Made by a program: the position numbers and the translations under genes
Shown: piece by piece, positions 40,097 to 55,700 of the stretch
Layout: each line of letters starts with the position of its first letter
Position numbering within the stretch: position 1 is the stretch's first letter
The notes under the pieces: generated by a model
Seen by the model: only the letters and a program-made list of their open reading frames with translations
What the model was told of the DNA's origin: nothing
Databases searched by the model: none
Source of the DNA: Eledone cirrhosa
Lineage: Eukaryota
Length of the DNA: 64,000 nt
NCBI GenBank assembly: GCA_964016885.1
Contig: OZ024747.1
Location: forward strand, 52,886,001-52,950,000
Direction of reading: 5' to 3'

Positions 40097-40666
40097 ATGG
40101 TGGCTGCCAACTCGTTTTCGATTACGGCCACTACTTTATATCCATGTAGGAGAACCCCTACCGATACGCTGAACGAGTGTGACTTTTTAGTCCAGCCAGC
40201 GACTTGAAAGCTCTGTTACAAACACTACACCTGTGACAATTATTGACACATAGTGCTGGGCCCATGGTACCATGTGATGACAAGTGCAGAGAGATCTCCA
40301 GATATAAAGCAATGCCTGTAACGTGAAGCTTTTATAGTGAGCAAAGGCACTGCACAAAGCCAGTCCCACTCTCTTAACCAAGATGATATTTACCAAAAAG
40401 AAGAACAAGTCAACATCATTGGATACCATCAGGGTTGCAGGTGTTATATCAGAGTTTTCCTTCTCCTAGAATTCTGCCTTGACAAAGGCTAAGGGGTCAT
40501 CTCTCCCGGTGATTTGGGATGGCTATTGACTCTTAAGAGGTCCTTTGCCCTTTGACAGGTTTTGTTTTTAGTCCTGCAGGATGTCCAAAGTCACCCTCCT
40601 CATGACCCGACCATGAGACAGTTGTACTGGGATACATGTTACCAGTAGCACCAACTGGTGACCTGA
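40097..40666 (-). mobile_element. ~610-bp retroposon, copy with ~40-bp internal deletion
   Basis: Reverse complement of 12775-13383. Confidence 0.9.
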
Positions 40667-40924
40667 CATGTATATATACATACATACATATATACATACA
40701 AACAATACATACATACATACGTACATATATACATACAATACATACACACATACATATATACATACATACATATATACATACAATACATAAACACTAACAT
40801 ATATATACATACATACATATATACATACAATACATACATACATACATACATACAATACATACATACATACATACATACATACATACATACGTACATACAT
40901 ACATACACATACCTACATGCATAC

Positions 40925-41645
40925 ACAAGGACGATTGCAGCATCTTCACAGATGATTGCTGTCTCTTAATGATTCTTTGTTAACATCCCATCTGCGTCCA
41001 TGACTTTGTAGATGACTTTGAAGACCAGCTGTAGATCTGCATGGTTTATGGCACAGGTAACAGGCAAGGGTTGTGCTTTTCACAGGACCGGCGGGGTCAC
41101 CCTGTGGGACTCAATATTTATGTACCACCATGTGTTTGTTTTTTTTAGTCCGGAACAAGTTCTACACTCTTTGTGGCATATCACGCACGTTGTTTCACCA
41201 GGTCTTTGTTGAGTGGTGTTGCAGGGGGTGGGGTGGGGTATCCTTGCATGTGACTTCAGGTGATTAACATAACCAGCCTTTGAGAGGAGTACACACGCTG
41301 ACAGACATTGCATGTCCAACTACTGATGACTTCATCAAGACTGTGAGTACAGCCCTTCCTGAGCTGACGCTTCAGTTGTTTATGTTCCAGACGACATTCC
41401 TCAAAAGTTTTGCCACTGTCGTTTATGCGCTTTCTCCACTCAGTCCTATTTAGAGCTATCTCCTCCCTATTGTATATATCAAATGTCAGCTCTTTGAGAT
41501 TGTTCTTGATGCTGTTCTTGTACCTCATTTTCGGTTTGTGTTGAGACCTTTTTCCAAGATGGAGCTCACCATAAAACAGTTGTTTTGGAATCCTGCTTTC
41601 TTTCAAGCGGATGATATGTCCTGTCCAGTGCATTTGAGAAGATGT
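40925..41645 (-). mobile_element. RTE-clade LINE 3' end with C2H2 zinc fingers and (TATG)n tail
   Basis: QMHWTGHIIRLKESRIPKQLFYGELHLGKRSQHKPKMRYK..ALNRTEWRK..WTCNVCQR / SKAGYVNHLKSH..TTCVICHKECRTCSGLKK (frameshifted). Confidence 0.9.
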
Positions 41646-43687
41646 TACATACATATGTATGCACAGAACTTACAAAGAATTACAATAAACAGATTTGACA
41701 ATCTTCATTTCTGTATCATATTTTAAAGGTCAATACAAAGATTGTTGATTCTTTATTGCTGCAATTGCAAGTATTAAGATATATGTGAAGGTATATATAT
41801 ATAAAGGTATATGAAACTATATATATGGATATATATGAAGGTATATATCGATACATATATATGAAGGTATATATAGAAATATATGAAGATATATATAAAT
41901 ATATATGAAGGTATGTATATATAACTATATATTAAGGTATATATAAATATATATGAATGTATATGTAATATGAATGTATATATAAATATATTTGAAGACA
42001 AAATAAAAGGAAAAGTGTTGAGCATCAGATTAGACTAAGGAAGGAATGTTTCCATTGATCTTTCTATTGCTGGCACTATTTGCTGTTCAGAATTCCTGGC
42101 AGAAGCTTCATCAAAATTTCCTATCACAAGAGGTCTGATACGAACTCAGAATACACAGAGCTAGAGCTGATATCTCAAAACATCTTATATGGCACTTTCA
42201 TAATTCTGTCAATCCACAGGCCATGTTTGAACTTTTTTTTATTGAGTTTGAAATGATGGAAGGCTATGAAGATCTTGCCAGGATTTGACCTCAGTGAACA
42301 CAAAGCTGGATCAAATACCAAAGAATTTGATCTGATGTTTTAATGACTCATTTTCACTGACAGTATATTAAGTCTTTTGTTACCATATTTCGAATTTAAG
42401 ACACAGACCCTGCTTATAATTTTTGAAATGATATACAAAATATTCATGAATCTAGAAAGATTTAGTAAATTAATTAACATTTTCATTAACAAGCTGGTGT
42501 TTGGAATATAACTTAACACTACAGCATTTACTCTCTATATATACTATTGTATATTTGTAGTGAAAGATTTATCTTACATAATTATCTCACATAATATCAA
42601 ATCTATAAAATTTTCATATGATTTATTTTGAGAACAATACCTTAACATCAGTATGAGTGGCCAGTTATGGCCGGTTTGAACAGAGAGAAGTGAGAGAATT
42701 CTGGCCAGATACAGCTGATTTAAATGTTAAAAGTTTAAGAAAATTTCCTACATATGGTTATAATGGAATGCAAGCAGGGAAAAAGCGGACGTAAAATGAA
42801 AATGAAATGATAAAGACGATAAAATAGACTGTTTATATATCATAAAACCTAAAGTAGGTCTCAGGTGGTTTGGTATCAAAAAGATAAACTGACAAATAGT
42901 AGATTTCTTTAGGTTGTAGACAAAATCTGACTTCTGGTTTAATACCACAACCTGGCTCTTCAGTTACCTTTGGTGCAATCAACTGTACTGATGTGGAGCC
43001 ACTGTCTTCCCAGACACACTTCATATCTTGCTTACATATGGTTCCAAGTTCTACCAAATGCATTTTATTGTGGCACCAGCACTAGAGAGGTTGTCATGTC
43101 TCAAACATACACACTCTGTCTCTCTTTCTCCCCCCACCCTCTCCCTCTCTCTCTCTCTCTTTATATATATATATTTATATATTTATTAAAATAACAGATT
43201 AAAGTTTAAGCAAAGAATCGCTGCTTTCACCCTTAACGGGATCTTCTGAAACTATTGAGCCCTCTTTGGAATTTAGTCTTCACATTTATTATTATTACTA
43301 TATATATATATATATATATATATATCATGTTTGATATAGAAATGTCTTCTACAGGACTAAAAGTGTTTCATTCAAAAGAAATTTACATTTCTAGTCTATG
43401 ATGTCTACACTCTACTAATGTATTTAGTACCTTACTTACTGTGGTTACATCCGATTGAATCCAGAACCCCCCCACACACACACACACACGTACGCCCCCC
43501 CCCCCCCCTACATATATACATATATATTTATATACAAAATGATTTTTAATCTTATTGTTAGTAAGTGCAATTACTAAAGGAATTAGAACATATTAAAAAC
43601 ATGCTTTTTCTCTGTACATACATACCTACATGTATGTATGTATGTATGTATGTATATATGTATGTATGTATGTGTGTATGTATGTAT

Positions 43688-44096
43688 GGAGAGATGACCC
43701 CTTAGCCTTTGTCAAGGCAGAATTCTAGGAGAAGGAAAACTCTGATATAACACCTGCAACCCTGATGGTATCCAATGATGTTGACTTGTTCTTCTTTTTG
43801 GTAAATATCATCTTGGTTAAGAGAGTGTGACTGGCTTTGTGCAGTGCCTTTGCTCACTATAAAAGCTTCACGGCACAGGCATTGCTTTATATCTGGAGAT
43901 CTCTCTGCACTTGTCGTCACAGGGAACCATGGGCCCAGCACTATGTGTCAGTAATTGTCACAAGTGTAGTGTTTGTACCAGAGTTTTCAAGTCGCTGGCT
44001 GGACTAAAAAGTCACACTCTTTCAGCGCATCGGTAGGGGTTCCCTACATGGATATAAAGTAGTGGCCGTACTCGAAAACGAGTTGGCAGCCACCAT
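43688..44096 (+). mobile_element. ~610-bp retroposon, 5'-truncated copy in (TATG)n
   Basis: Matches 12975-13383. Confidence 0.9.
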
Positions 44097-44199
44097 GTAT
44101 GTATGTATGTATGTATGTATGTATGTATGTATGTATGTATGTATGTATGTATGTATGTATATAGCCACCATGTATATATGTATGTATATAGCCACCATG

Positions 44200-44233
<34 letters not shown>

Positions 44234-44750
44234 TGTATGTATGTATGTATGCAAGCATGTATGTATGTACATATGTATGTATGTACATGTGTATGTATGT
44301 ATATATGTTTGTATGTATGTGTGCATGTGTGTGTGTAGAGTGTATTTGTGCATGTGTGTCTGTAGAGAGTGTATGTGTGTGTAGAGTGTGTACATGTGTG
44401 TGTAATTTGGCCAATTTCCAGAAAGAATTTTGATATTATTGAGAATTTTTGTAAAAGACATGCTGTAATTTTGTTCCATTGTCTTCGAAATATATTTTGA
44501 ATTCTTGTAAAGTTATTTCCTTTCAATCATCAATGAGAAATAGTTGATGTGTATTTAATTGTGTGTTGATCTTTTGATGTATATATGTATATATGTCTGT
44601 CTGTATGTAGATAATATATATACATATATGTGTATGTGTGTGTGTCGGTGGGTGTGAGTGTGTGCAAATATCTGTGTATCGCCATTATACACACATATGC
44701 ATACGCACACACACATATATATAAATTGATGTATATATACATATATCTGC

Positions 44751-44783
<33 letters not shown>

Positions 44784-44891
44784 CATATATATATACATAT
44801 GTATAATATATATATAGGCTTATATATATATATATATATATATGCATGTGTGTGCATATATATATATACATATGTATAACATATATAAAGG

Positions 44892-44932
<41 letters not shown>

Positions 44933-45001
44933 ATATGCACATCTATATCTCTCTCTATACATATCTATATCTATATATGCATCTCTCTTTCTCTCTCTCT
45001 C

Positions 45002-45046
<45 letters not shown>

Positions 45047-45053
45047 TATTTGA

Positions 45054-45273
45054 CCCTTTAGCATTCACATAACTTTATATATATTATTATATTTTCATGC
45101 TAAAGGCTTTACCTTACATAATTATCTCACATAATATTGAATCTATGAGATTTTGAAAGTAATTATTTTGAGAACAATACCTTAACATCAGTTTGAGCGA
45201 CCAGTTACAGCCAGTTTCAACAGAAAAAAGTAGAGAATTCTGGGTGGTTTTGGCCAATTTGAACACTAAAGGG
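45054..45273. mobile_element. Decayed MITE with CCCTTTAG terminal inverted repeats (piggyBac-like ends); related copy at ~42520-42740
   Basis: TTGA-CCCTTTAGCATTCA ... TGAACACTAAAGGG-TTCA; internal ~120 bp shared with 42570-42700. Confidence 0.55.
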
Positions 45274-45491
45274 TTCAAGAGTGTATTGGGTATATTTTAT
45301 TGTGGCACCAATACTAGTGAAGATTTCATGTCCTTGACAAGATTAACTGCTCCTTCTGTCCTTGGATTGTCTCTGTTTAATTGTCAGGCACTTTACAGAG
45401 AGTACTGGGTGGTTTTGGCCGGTTTGAACACTAAAGAGTTAATATCGACACATCTAACCCATGCTAGCATGGAAGATGGACGTTAAACGAA

Positions 45492-45526
<35 letters not shown>

Positions 45527-45839
45527 CATCCATATGAGATAGACTCAAATATTGAGCTAGAATGAGGTGGTAAATTGTGAGAGTCATTACAATGCTTTGT
45601 GCTATTTATTCCAACTCTCTGCTTTCTGAGTTCAAATCTCACCGAGGTCAACTATACTTTTCCCCCTTTTCTAGGTTAAAAGAGTACTAGACTATTACTA
45701 GGGTTGACATAGTTATTATTAGTACAGATTAAAGTTTAAGAAAAGAATCATTGCTTTTGTCCTACTCTGGGATCTTCTGAAACTCCGGAATAGAGCAAAA
45801 GCAGTGATTCTTTACTAATAATAAATATTTGGTCTAAGG

Positions 45840-45876
<37 letters not shown>

Positions 45877-45885
45877 TTATTTATT

Positions 45886-46190
45886 TAGTTATGTAATAAA
45901 CAACATAAGATAATTATTTCATTTACCAGTGGTTTCTTGAAAGCAGATATATCTGATTTCAGTCGTCAGAATGAATAAAACATGGTGTTTTTATTAAATA
46001 TGGATTTGAAAACAAAATATAAGAAATATGAAAGTGAGGCTGAGGAAACAATGGGCGAAGAAGAAGAAGAGAAAAAAAGAAAAAGAAAAAATACATATGT
46101 ATATATAAAAACAATAAATATATAAACATACACACACTCAACCACGCGCATATAGTTAAAAAGTACGTAGACGTAACTTTGTCACATAAG
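45886..46190 (-). mobile_element. Second member of the 3459 family with hammerhead at 45918-45975
   Basis: Minus strand: TTCATT-CTGACGA-cTGAAAtCAGAT at ATCTGcTTTCAa-GAAACCACTGGTA-AATGAA. Confidence 0.8.
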
Positions 46191-46200
46191 CGTATATGTC

Positions 46201-46309
<109 letters not shown>

Positions 46310-46520
46310 ATATGTATATCACAGAGCACTGCTTCAAGATTCATTCATCTTTCATTAGTACATTCACTCAATAGGTTCTGATATGGGAATAGACTTGAAT
46401 CTTTATAGATTTTGCATGAAAAACATTTGATGGAGAAGTTCATATAGTGTCAACTTGGGTTGTTATAATTAATTGGCAATAGCACTAAGATGGCTTTTAA
46501 GCATATATATATATATATAA

Positions 46521-46682
46521 ACATGGGTGGAGGTGGTGAGAGCAGACCTCAGATCACTGAAACTCACTGAGGAGATGACGAAGGACTGTGACAAGTGGAG
46601 AGATGCTGTGCTGAATAGGACCCGTCCAACCCTTGCAAGCAAGGAAAAGCGAACGTAAAATGATGATGATGATGATGATGAT
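46521..46682 (+). mobile_element. RTE LINE extreme 3' end
   Basis: TWVEVVRADLRSLKLTEEMTKDCDKWRDAVLNRTRPTLASKEKRT* followed by (GAT)n. Confidence 0.85.
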
Positions 46683-47010
46683 ATATATATGTATATATAT
46701 ATATATATACGAGGTCCGTGGGTAATCTGCTGGCTGGACAGGTTGGTAAATAGAGCAGTCCCAAGGCATAAGTAAATACCCCGGTTCAAAATACAAAAAT
46801 TGCCACATAAGCATGAAAATATAGTTGAAGGAGACAAGATCATAATGAAGAAACCTCCAAAAAAGGTCCAGTTTACACAAAAAAAATGATCCCTTATTGG
46901 AACTGTTTCATTGTGATCCTGTCTGTCTTTGTACTCCTTCCAATATAAAGCGTGAAACTAATAAGACATTTTGTACCTCAGTTTGTTGTCTCCTTGAAAT
47001 ATATATATAA

Positions 47011-47062
<52 letters not shown>

Positions 47063-47063
<1 letters not shown>

Positions 47064-47400
47064 TCATCATTCATCATCATTTCATTTTACGTCCGCTTTT
47101 TCCCTGCTTGCAAGGGTGGGACGGGAACTGATGCTGGCTAGATTTCTACAGCTGGATGCCCTTCCTAACACCAACCTCATTTACAGAGAATGTTGGGTGC
47201 TTTTATGCCGTGGCACCTCCACGACCACTTTGCAGTGGAATGATATGGACCCCAGTCCCTATCATCTCATTTCTACAGCTGAGTAAACTGGAGCAATGTG
47301 AAATAAAGTGTCTTGCTCAAGGAAACAACACATCACCCGGTCTGAGAATTGAACTCACAACCTTTCGATTGCAAGGCCAATGCACTAACCACTAAGCCAT
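47063..47400 (-). mobile_element. tRNA-derived SINE with RTE-type tail
   Basis: As 29017. Confidence 0.9.
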
Positions 47401-47455
47401 ATATATATATATATATATAAATATATATATATATTTATATATATGTATATATATG

Positions 47456-47488
<33 letters not shown>

Positions 47489-47534
47489 GTTATATGTGTA
47501 TGTGTATGTGTATATGTATACATACATACATACA

Positions 47535-47589
<55 letters not shown>

Positions 47590-47782
47590 AAGAGATAGGA
47601 TGCGTTGGATGAGCTTTTGCCATTTCAGCAGTTAGTTCCAGTCTGGTACTAGCTGTTGAAATGGCAAGAGCTCAGCCGTTGGGTTCCAACTCTTTATAAT
47701 ATGACCATACTCTACTACTCCAAGTATTGAGTACTTTGTTGAGTAATTGTCTAACCAGTTTAATACTGAATCCATCCTGATT
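47590..47782 (+). mobile_element. Diverged family-A fold-back element
   Basis: GAGCTTTTGCCATTTCAGCAGTTAG..CTAGCTGTTGAAATGGCAAGAGCTC plus tail ACTCTACTACTCCAAGTATTGAGTACTTTG. Confidence 0.65.
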
Positions 47783-47804
47783 TATATATATATATATATA
47801 TATA

Positions 47805-48160
47805 TAATAATTGTTTCTACTTTTGGTACAAGGCCAGCAATTACCCAGTACATTACTGGTACTTTATTATATATATATATATATAATAAATGTTTCTACT
47901 TTAGGCACAAGGCCAGCAATAAACCAGTGCATTACTGGTACTTTATTATATATATATATATATATATATATAATAAATGTTTCTACTTTTGGCACAAGGC
48001 CAGCAATTACGCAGTACATTACTGGTACTTTATTTTATCGACCTCGTAAGGATGAAAGGTAAAGTTAACCCCTGCGGGATTTGAACTCAGATTGGAAAGG
48101 GCCGTAATTTTTCCAATCTGAGTTCAAATCCCGCCGAGGTTAATTTTACCTTTCATCCCC
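47805..48160 (-). mobile_element. MetaSINE-like SINE with its 3' ~55 bp triplicated, plus a short inverted piece
   Basis: TGTTTCTACTTT.GG.ACAAGGCCAGCAAT..CATTACTGGTACTTTATT x3, separated by (TA)n. Confidence 0.82.
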
Positions 48161-48569
48161 ACCACAATCACCAACACCACCGCCACGGCCACCACCACCA
48201 CCACCTCCACAACAACCACCATCAATAATGACAGTAAGTGGAAGCAGAAGAGAGTAATGGTGGTGGTAGTGGTGTTGGTGGTGGTGTTGGTAGTATGGTG
48301 GTAGTGACACAGTCTCTAAATATAGCAGCAGCATGGATATTTATAGATGAGAGAGAGAGAGAGAGAGTTAGTTTTCGGAGGGAGAAAGAGAAAAGAGAAG
48401 AGAGAGAGAGGGAGAGAGGGACTGAATGAGAGAAAGAGAGGCAGAGAAATAGGGAGAGAGAAGAATAGATGCACTGAGTAACATGTATATTTATAAATGT
48501 CAGAGAGAGAGATAAAGACTAACTGGACATCAGTATGCCATAGCAACCCCCTGTTCTTCTCCCTCTCTC

Positions 48570-48830
48570 TGACTCTGTCTCTCTGTCACTCTCTCACTCT
48601 GTCACTCTGTCACTCTGTCATTCTGTCACTCTGTCACTCTCTCACTCTCTCACTCTGTCACTCTGTCACTCTGTCATTCTGTCACTCTGTCATTCTGTCA
48701 CTCTGTCACTTTGTCTCTCTGTCTCTCTGTCACTCTGTCTCTCTGTCTCTCTGTCACTCTGTCACTATGTCTCTTTGTCACTCTGTCAATCTGTCTCTCT
48801 GTCACTCTGTCACTCTGTCATTCTGTCCAG
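48570..48830. repeat. (CTCTGTCA)n octamer repeat
   Basis: Direct reading. Confidence 0.9.
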
Positions 48831-48934
48831 CTGTCCTGTCTAGGCTCCCATGCTTATTACTAGATAACCAGTTTTTCTTATCATCTATCTACTCATACAA
48901 CACCCTCCTACACCCCTAGATATATAATCTAGTG

Positions 48935-49610
48935 CCACACCACCACCACCACCATCACCACCACCACCATCACAACCATCACCATCACCACCATCACCCT
49001 CAGAACCAGCACCATCATCACCACCACCACCACCACCATCACCACCACCATCACCACCATCACAACCATCATCACCACTACCATCACCCTCAGAACCAGC
49101 ACCACCATCACCACCACTATCCCCCTCAGAACCAGCACCACCATCACCACCACTATCCCCCTCAGAACCACCACCACCATCAGCACCACCATCACCACCA
49201 CTATCCCCCTCAGAACCGGCACCACCATCACCACCACCATCACCACCACCACCACCACCACCATCACCCTCAGAACCAGCACCACCACCAACACCACCAT
49301 CACCACCACTATCACCCTCAGAACCAACACCACCATCACCACCACCAGCACCACCATCACCACAACCACCAACACCACCATCACCACCACCACCACCACC
49401 ACCCTCAGAACCACCACCACCATCACCACCACCAACACCACCATCACCACCACCACCATCACCACCACCATCACCACCACTATCACCCTCAGAACCAGCA
49501 CCACCAGCACCACCACCAACACCACCATCACCACCACAATCACTATCAGAACCAGCACCACCACCACCAACACCACCATCACCACCACTATCACTATCAG
49601 AACCAGCTAT
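48935..49610. repeat. (CAC)n-based minisatellite punctuated by CCCTCAGAACCAG
   Basis: Direct reading; overlapping His/Gly/Val ORFs on both strands. Confidence 0.9.
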
Positions 49611-49749
49611 CATATCCTTTGTCTATATTTTTGCCTTACCCCTTTTTTTTTCGCAGCCCCATCCCTTTATATTCTACCTTACCCTCAGATTATCTACAAC
49701 CAGTATTACAGCACTGTAGGACCAGAATCCCCAGCATTACTGCTACCAT

Positions 49750-52700
49750 CACCACCACCTCCTCTAACAGCACACCACCACCACCTCTAACATTACAGCA
49801 CCACAACAACAACACCACCACCACCTCTAACATTACAACACCACAACAACACCACCACCACCTCTAACATTACAACACCACAACAACAACACCACCACCA
49901 CCTCTAACATTACAGCACCACAACACCACCACCACCACCTCTAACATTACAGCACCACAACAACACCACCACCTCTAACATTACAAGACAACAACAACAC
50001 CACCACCACCTCTAACATTACAACACCACAACAACACCACCACCACCTCTAACATTACAACACCACAACACCACCACCACCACCTCTAACATTACAGCAC
50101 CACAACAACACCACCACTACCTCTAACATTACAGCACCACAACAACACCACCACCACCTCTAACATTACAGCACCACAACACCACCACCACCACCTCTAA
50201 CATTACAGCACCACAACACCACCACCACCACCTCTAACATTACAACACCATAACACCACCACTACCTCTAACATTACAGCACCACAACAACACCACCACC
50301 ACCTCTAACATTACAGCACCACAACACCACCACCACCACCTCTAACATTACAGCACCACAACACCACCACCACCACCTCTAACATTACAACACCATAACA
50401 CCACCACCACCACCACCTCTAAAATTACAACACCACAACACCACCACCACCTTTAATATTACAACACCACAACAACACCACCACCACCTCTAACATTACA
50501 GCACCACAACACCACCACCACCACCTCTAACATTACAGCACCACAACACCACCACCACCACCACCTCTAACAGTACAGCACCACAACACCACCACCACCA
50601 CCACCTCTAACATTACAGCACCACAACACCACCACCACCACCTCTAACATTACAGCACCACAACAACACCACCACCACCTCTAACATTACTGCACCACAA
50701 CAACACCACCACCACCACCACCTCTAACATTACAGCACCACAACACCACCACCACCACCTCTAACATTACAGCACGACAACAACACCACCACCACCACCA
50801 CCTCTAACATTACAGCACCACAACACCACCACCACCACCTCTAACATTACAGCACAACAACACCACCACTACCACTAACATTACAGCACCACAACAACAC
50901 CACCACCACCTCTAACATTACAGCACTACACCACCACCACCACCTCTAACATTACAACACCACAACAACACCACCACCACCTCTAACATTACAGCACCAC
51001 AACAACACCACCACCACCTCTAACATTACAGCACCACAACACCACCACCACCACCTCTAACATTACAGCACCACAACACCACCACCACCACCACCTCTAA
51101 CAGTACAGCACCACAACACCACCACCACCACCACCTCTAACATTACAGCACCACAACACCACCACCACCACCTCTAACATTACAGCACCACAACACCACC
51201 ACCACCACCTCTAACATTACAGCACCACAACAACACCACCACCACCTCTAACATTACAGCACCACAACTCCACCACCACCACCTCTAACATTACAGCACC
51301 ACAACACCACCACCACCACCTCTAACATTACAGCACCACAACAACACCACCACCACCTCTAACATTACAGCACCACAACACCACTACCACCACCACCTCT
51401 AACAGTACAGCACCACAACACCACCACCACCACCACCTCTAACATTACAGCACCACAACACCACCACCACCACCTCTAACATTACAGCACCACAACACCA
51501 CCACCACCACCACCTCTAACAGTACAGCACCACAACACCACCACCACCACCACCTCTAACATTACAGCACCACAACACCACCACCACCACCTCTAACATT
51601 ACAGCACCACAACACCACCACCACCACCTCTAACATTACAGCACCACAACTCCACCACAACCACCTCTAACATTACAGCACCACAACACCACCACCACCA
51701 CCTCTAACATTACAGCACCACAACTCCACCACAACCACCTCTAACATTACAGCACCACAACACCACCACCACCACCTCTAACATTACAGCACCACAACAA
51801 CACCACCACCACCTCTAACATTACTGCACCACAACAACACCACCACCACCACCACCTCTAACATTACAGCACCACAACACCACCACCACCACCTCTAACA
51901 TTACAGCACGACAACAACACCACCACCACCACCACCTCTAACATTACAGCACCACAACAGCACCACCACCACCTCTAACATTACAACACCACAACAACAC
52001 CACCACCACCTCTAACATTACAGCACCACAACACCACCACCACCACCTCTAACATTACAGCACTACACCACCACCACCACCTCTAATATTACAACACCAC
52101 CACCACCTCTAACATTACAGCACAACAACACCACCACCACCTCTAACATTACAGTACCACAACAACACCACCACCACCTCTAACATTACAGCACAACAAC
52201 ACCACCACCACCTCTAACATTACAACACCACAACAACACCGCCACCACCTCTAACATTACAGCACCACAACACCACCACCACCACCTCTAACATTACAGC
52301 ACCACAACACCACCACTACCACTAACATTACAGCACCACAACAACACCACCACCACCTCTAACATTACAGCACTACACCACCACCACCACCTCTAACATT
52401 ACAACACCACAACAACACCACCACCACCTCTAACATTACAGCACCACAACAACACCACCACCACCTCTAACATTACAACACCACAACAACACCACCACCA
52501 CCACCTCTAACATTACAGCACAACACCACCACCACCACCTCTAATATTACAACACCACAACAACACCACCACCACCTCTAACATTACAGCACCACAACAC
52601 CACCACCACCACCTCTAACATTACAACACCACAACAACACCACTACCACTTCTAACATTACAGCACCAACAACAACACCACCACCTACACCACCACCTCT

Positions 52701-55700
52701 AACCTTACAGCACCACAACACCACCACCACCACCTCTAACATTACAGCACCACAACAACACCACTACCACCTCTAACATTACAACACCACAACAACACCA
52801 CCACCACCTCTAACATTACAGCACCACAACAACACCACCACCACCTCTAACATTACAACACCACAACAACACCACCACCACCACCTCTAACATTACAGCA
52901 CAACACCACCACCACCACCTCTAATATTACAACACCACAACAACACCACCACCACCTCTAACATTACAGCACCACAACACCACCACCACCACCTCTAACA
53001 TTACAACACCACAACAACACCACTACCACTTCTAACATTACAGCACCAACAACAACACCACCACCTACACCACCACCTCTAACATTACAGCACCACAACA
53101 CCACCACCACCACCTCTAACATTACAGCACCACAACAACACCACTACCACCTCTAACATTACAGCACCACAACACCACCACCACCACCTCTAACATTACA
53201 ACACCACAACAACATCACCACCACTTCTAACATTACAGCACCAACAACAACACCACCACCTACACCACCACCTCTAACATTACAGCACCACAACAACACC
53301 ACCACCACCTTTAACATTACAGCACCACAACAACACCACCACCACCTCTAACATTACAACACCACAACACCACCACCACCACCACCTCTAACATTACAGC
53401 ACCACAACAACACCACCACCACCACCTCTAACATTACAGCACCACAACACCCACACCACCACCTCTAACATTACAGCACCACAACACCACCACCACCACC
53501 TCTAACATTACAGCACCACAACAACACCACCACCACCTCTAACATTACAGCACCACAACAACACCACCACCACCTCTAACATTACAGCACCACAACAACA
53601 CCACCACCACCTTTAACATTACAGCACCACAACACCACCACCACCACCTCTAACATTACAACACCATAACACCACCACCACCACTTCTAACATTACAGCA
53701 CCACAACAACACCACCACCACCTTTAACATTACAGCACCACAACACCACCACCACCACCTCTAACATTACAACACCACAACAACACCACCACCACTTCTA
53801 ACATTACAGCACCAACAACAACACCACCACCTACACCACGACCTCTAACATTACAGCACCACAACACCACCACCACCACCTCTAACATTACAACACCACA
53901 ACACCACCACTACCACCTCTAACATTACAGCACCACCTCTAACATTACAACACCACACCACCACCACCACCACCTCTAACATTACAGCACCACAACACCA
54001 CCACCACCACCTCTAACATTACAACACCACAACACCACCACCACCACCACTTCTAACATTACAGCACCAACAACAACACCACCACCTCTAACATTACAGC
54101 ACCACAACACCACCACCACCACCTCTAACATTACAGCACCAAAACACCACCACCACCACCTCTAACATTACAGCACCACAACACCACCACCACCACCTCT
54201 AACATTACAACACCACAACACCACCACCACCACCTCTAACATTACAACACCACAACCACCACCACCACCTCTAACATTACAGCACCACAACACCACCACC
54301 ACCACCTCTAACATTACAGCACTACAACACCACAACCATCTCTAACATTACAGCACCACAACACCACCACCACCACCTCTAACATTACAGCACCACAACA
54401 CCACCACCACCACCTCTAACATTACAGCACAACACCACCACCACCTCTAACATTACAACACCACAACAACACCACCACCACTTCTAACATTACAGCACCA
54501 ACAACAACACCACCACCTACACCACGACCTCTAACATTACAGCACCACAACACCACCACCACCACCTCTAACATTACAACACCACAACACGACCACTACC
54601 ACCTCTAACATTACAGCACCACAACACCACCACCACCACCACCTCTAACATTACAACACCACAACACCACCACCACCACCTCTAACATTACAGCACCACA
54701 ACACCACCACCACCACCACCACTTCTAACATTACAGCACCAACAACAACACCACCACCTCTAACATTACAGCACCACAACACCACCACCACCACCACCTC
54801 TAACATTACAGCACCAAAACACCACCACCACCACCTCTAACATTACAGCACCACAACACCACCACCACCACCTCTAACATTACAACACCACAACACCACC
54901 ACCACCACCTCTAACATTACAACACCACAACCACCACCACCACCTCTAACATTACAGCACCACAACACCACCACCACCACCTCTAACATTACAGCACTAC
55001 AACACCACAACCATCTCTAACATTACAGCACCACAACACCACCACCACCACCTCTAACATTACAGCACCACAACACCACCACCACCACCTCTAACATTAC
55101 AGCACCACAACACCACCACAACACCACCACCACCACCTCTAACATTACAGCACCACAACACCACCACCACCACCTCTAACATTACAGCACAACACCACCA
55201 CCACCTCTAACATTACAACACCACAACAACACCACCACCACCACCACCACTAACATCACAGCTCTATAACCACCACCACCTCTAACATTACAGCACTACA
55301 ACACCACAACCACCTCTAACATTACAACACCACAACACCACCACCACCACCTCTAACATTACAGCACCACAACAACACCACCACCACCTCTAACATTACA
55401 GCACCAACAACAACACCACCACCTACATCACCACCTCTAACATTACAGCACCACAACACCACCACCACCACCTCTAACATTACAACACCACAACACCACC
55501 ACTACCACCTCTAACATTACAGCACCACAACACCACCACCACCACCTCTAACATTACAACACCACAACACCACCACCACCACCACCTCTAACATTACAGC
55601 ACCACAACACCACCACCACCACCACCTCTAACATTACAACACCACAACACCACCACCACCACCACTTCTAACATTACAGCACCAACAACAACACCACCAC

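Noticed and set aside
48885-49867. His-rich, Gly-rich and Val-rich long ORFs
   Set aside because: Triplet-based repeat open on both strands; no splice or signal features
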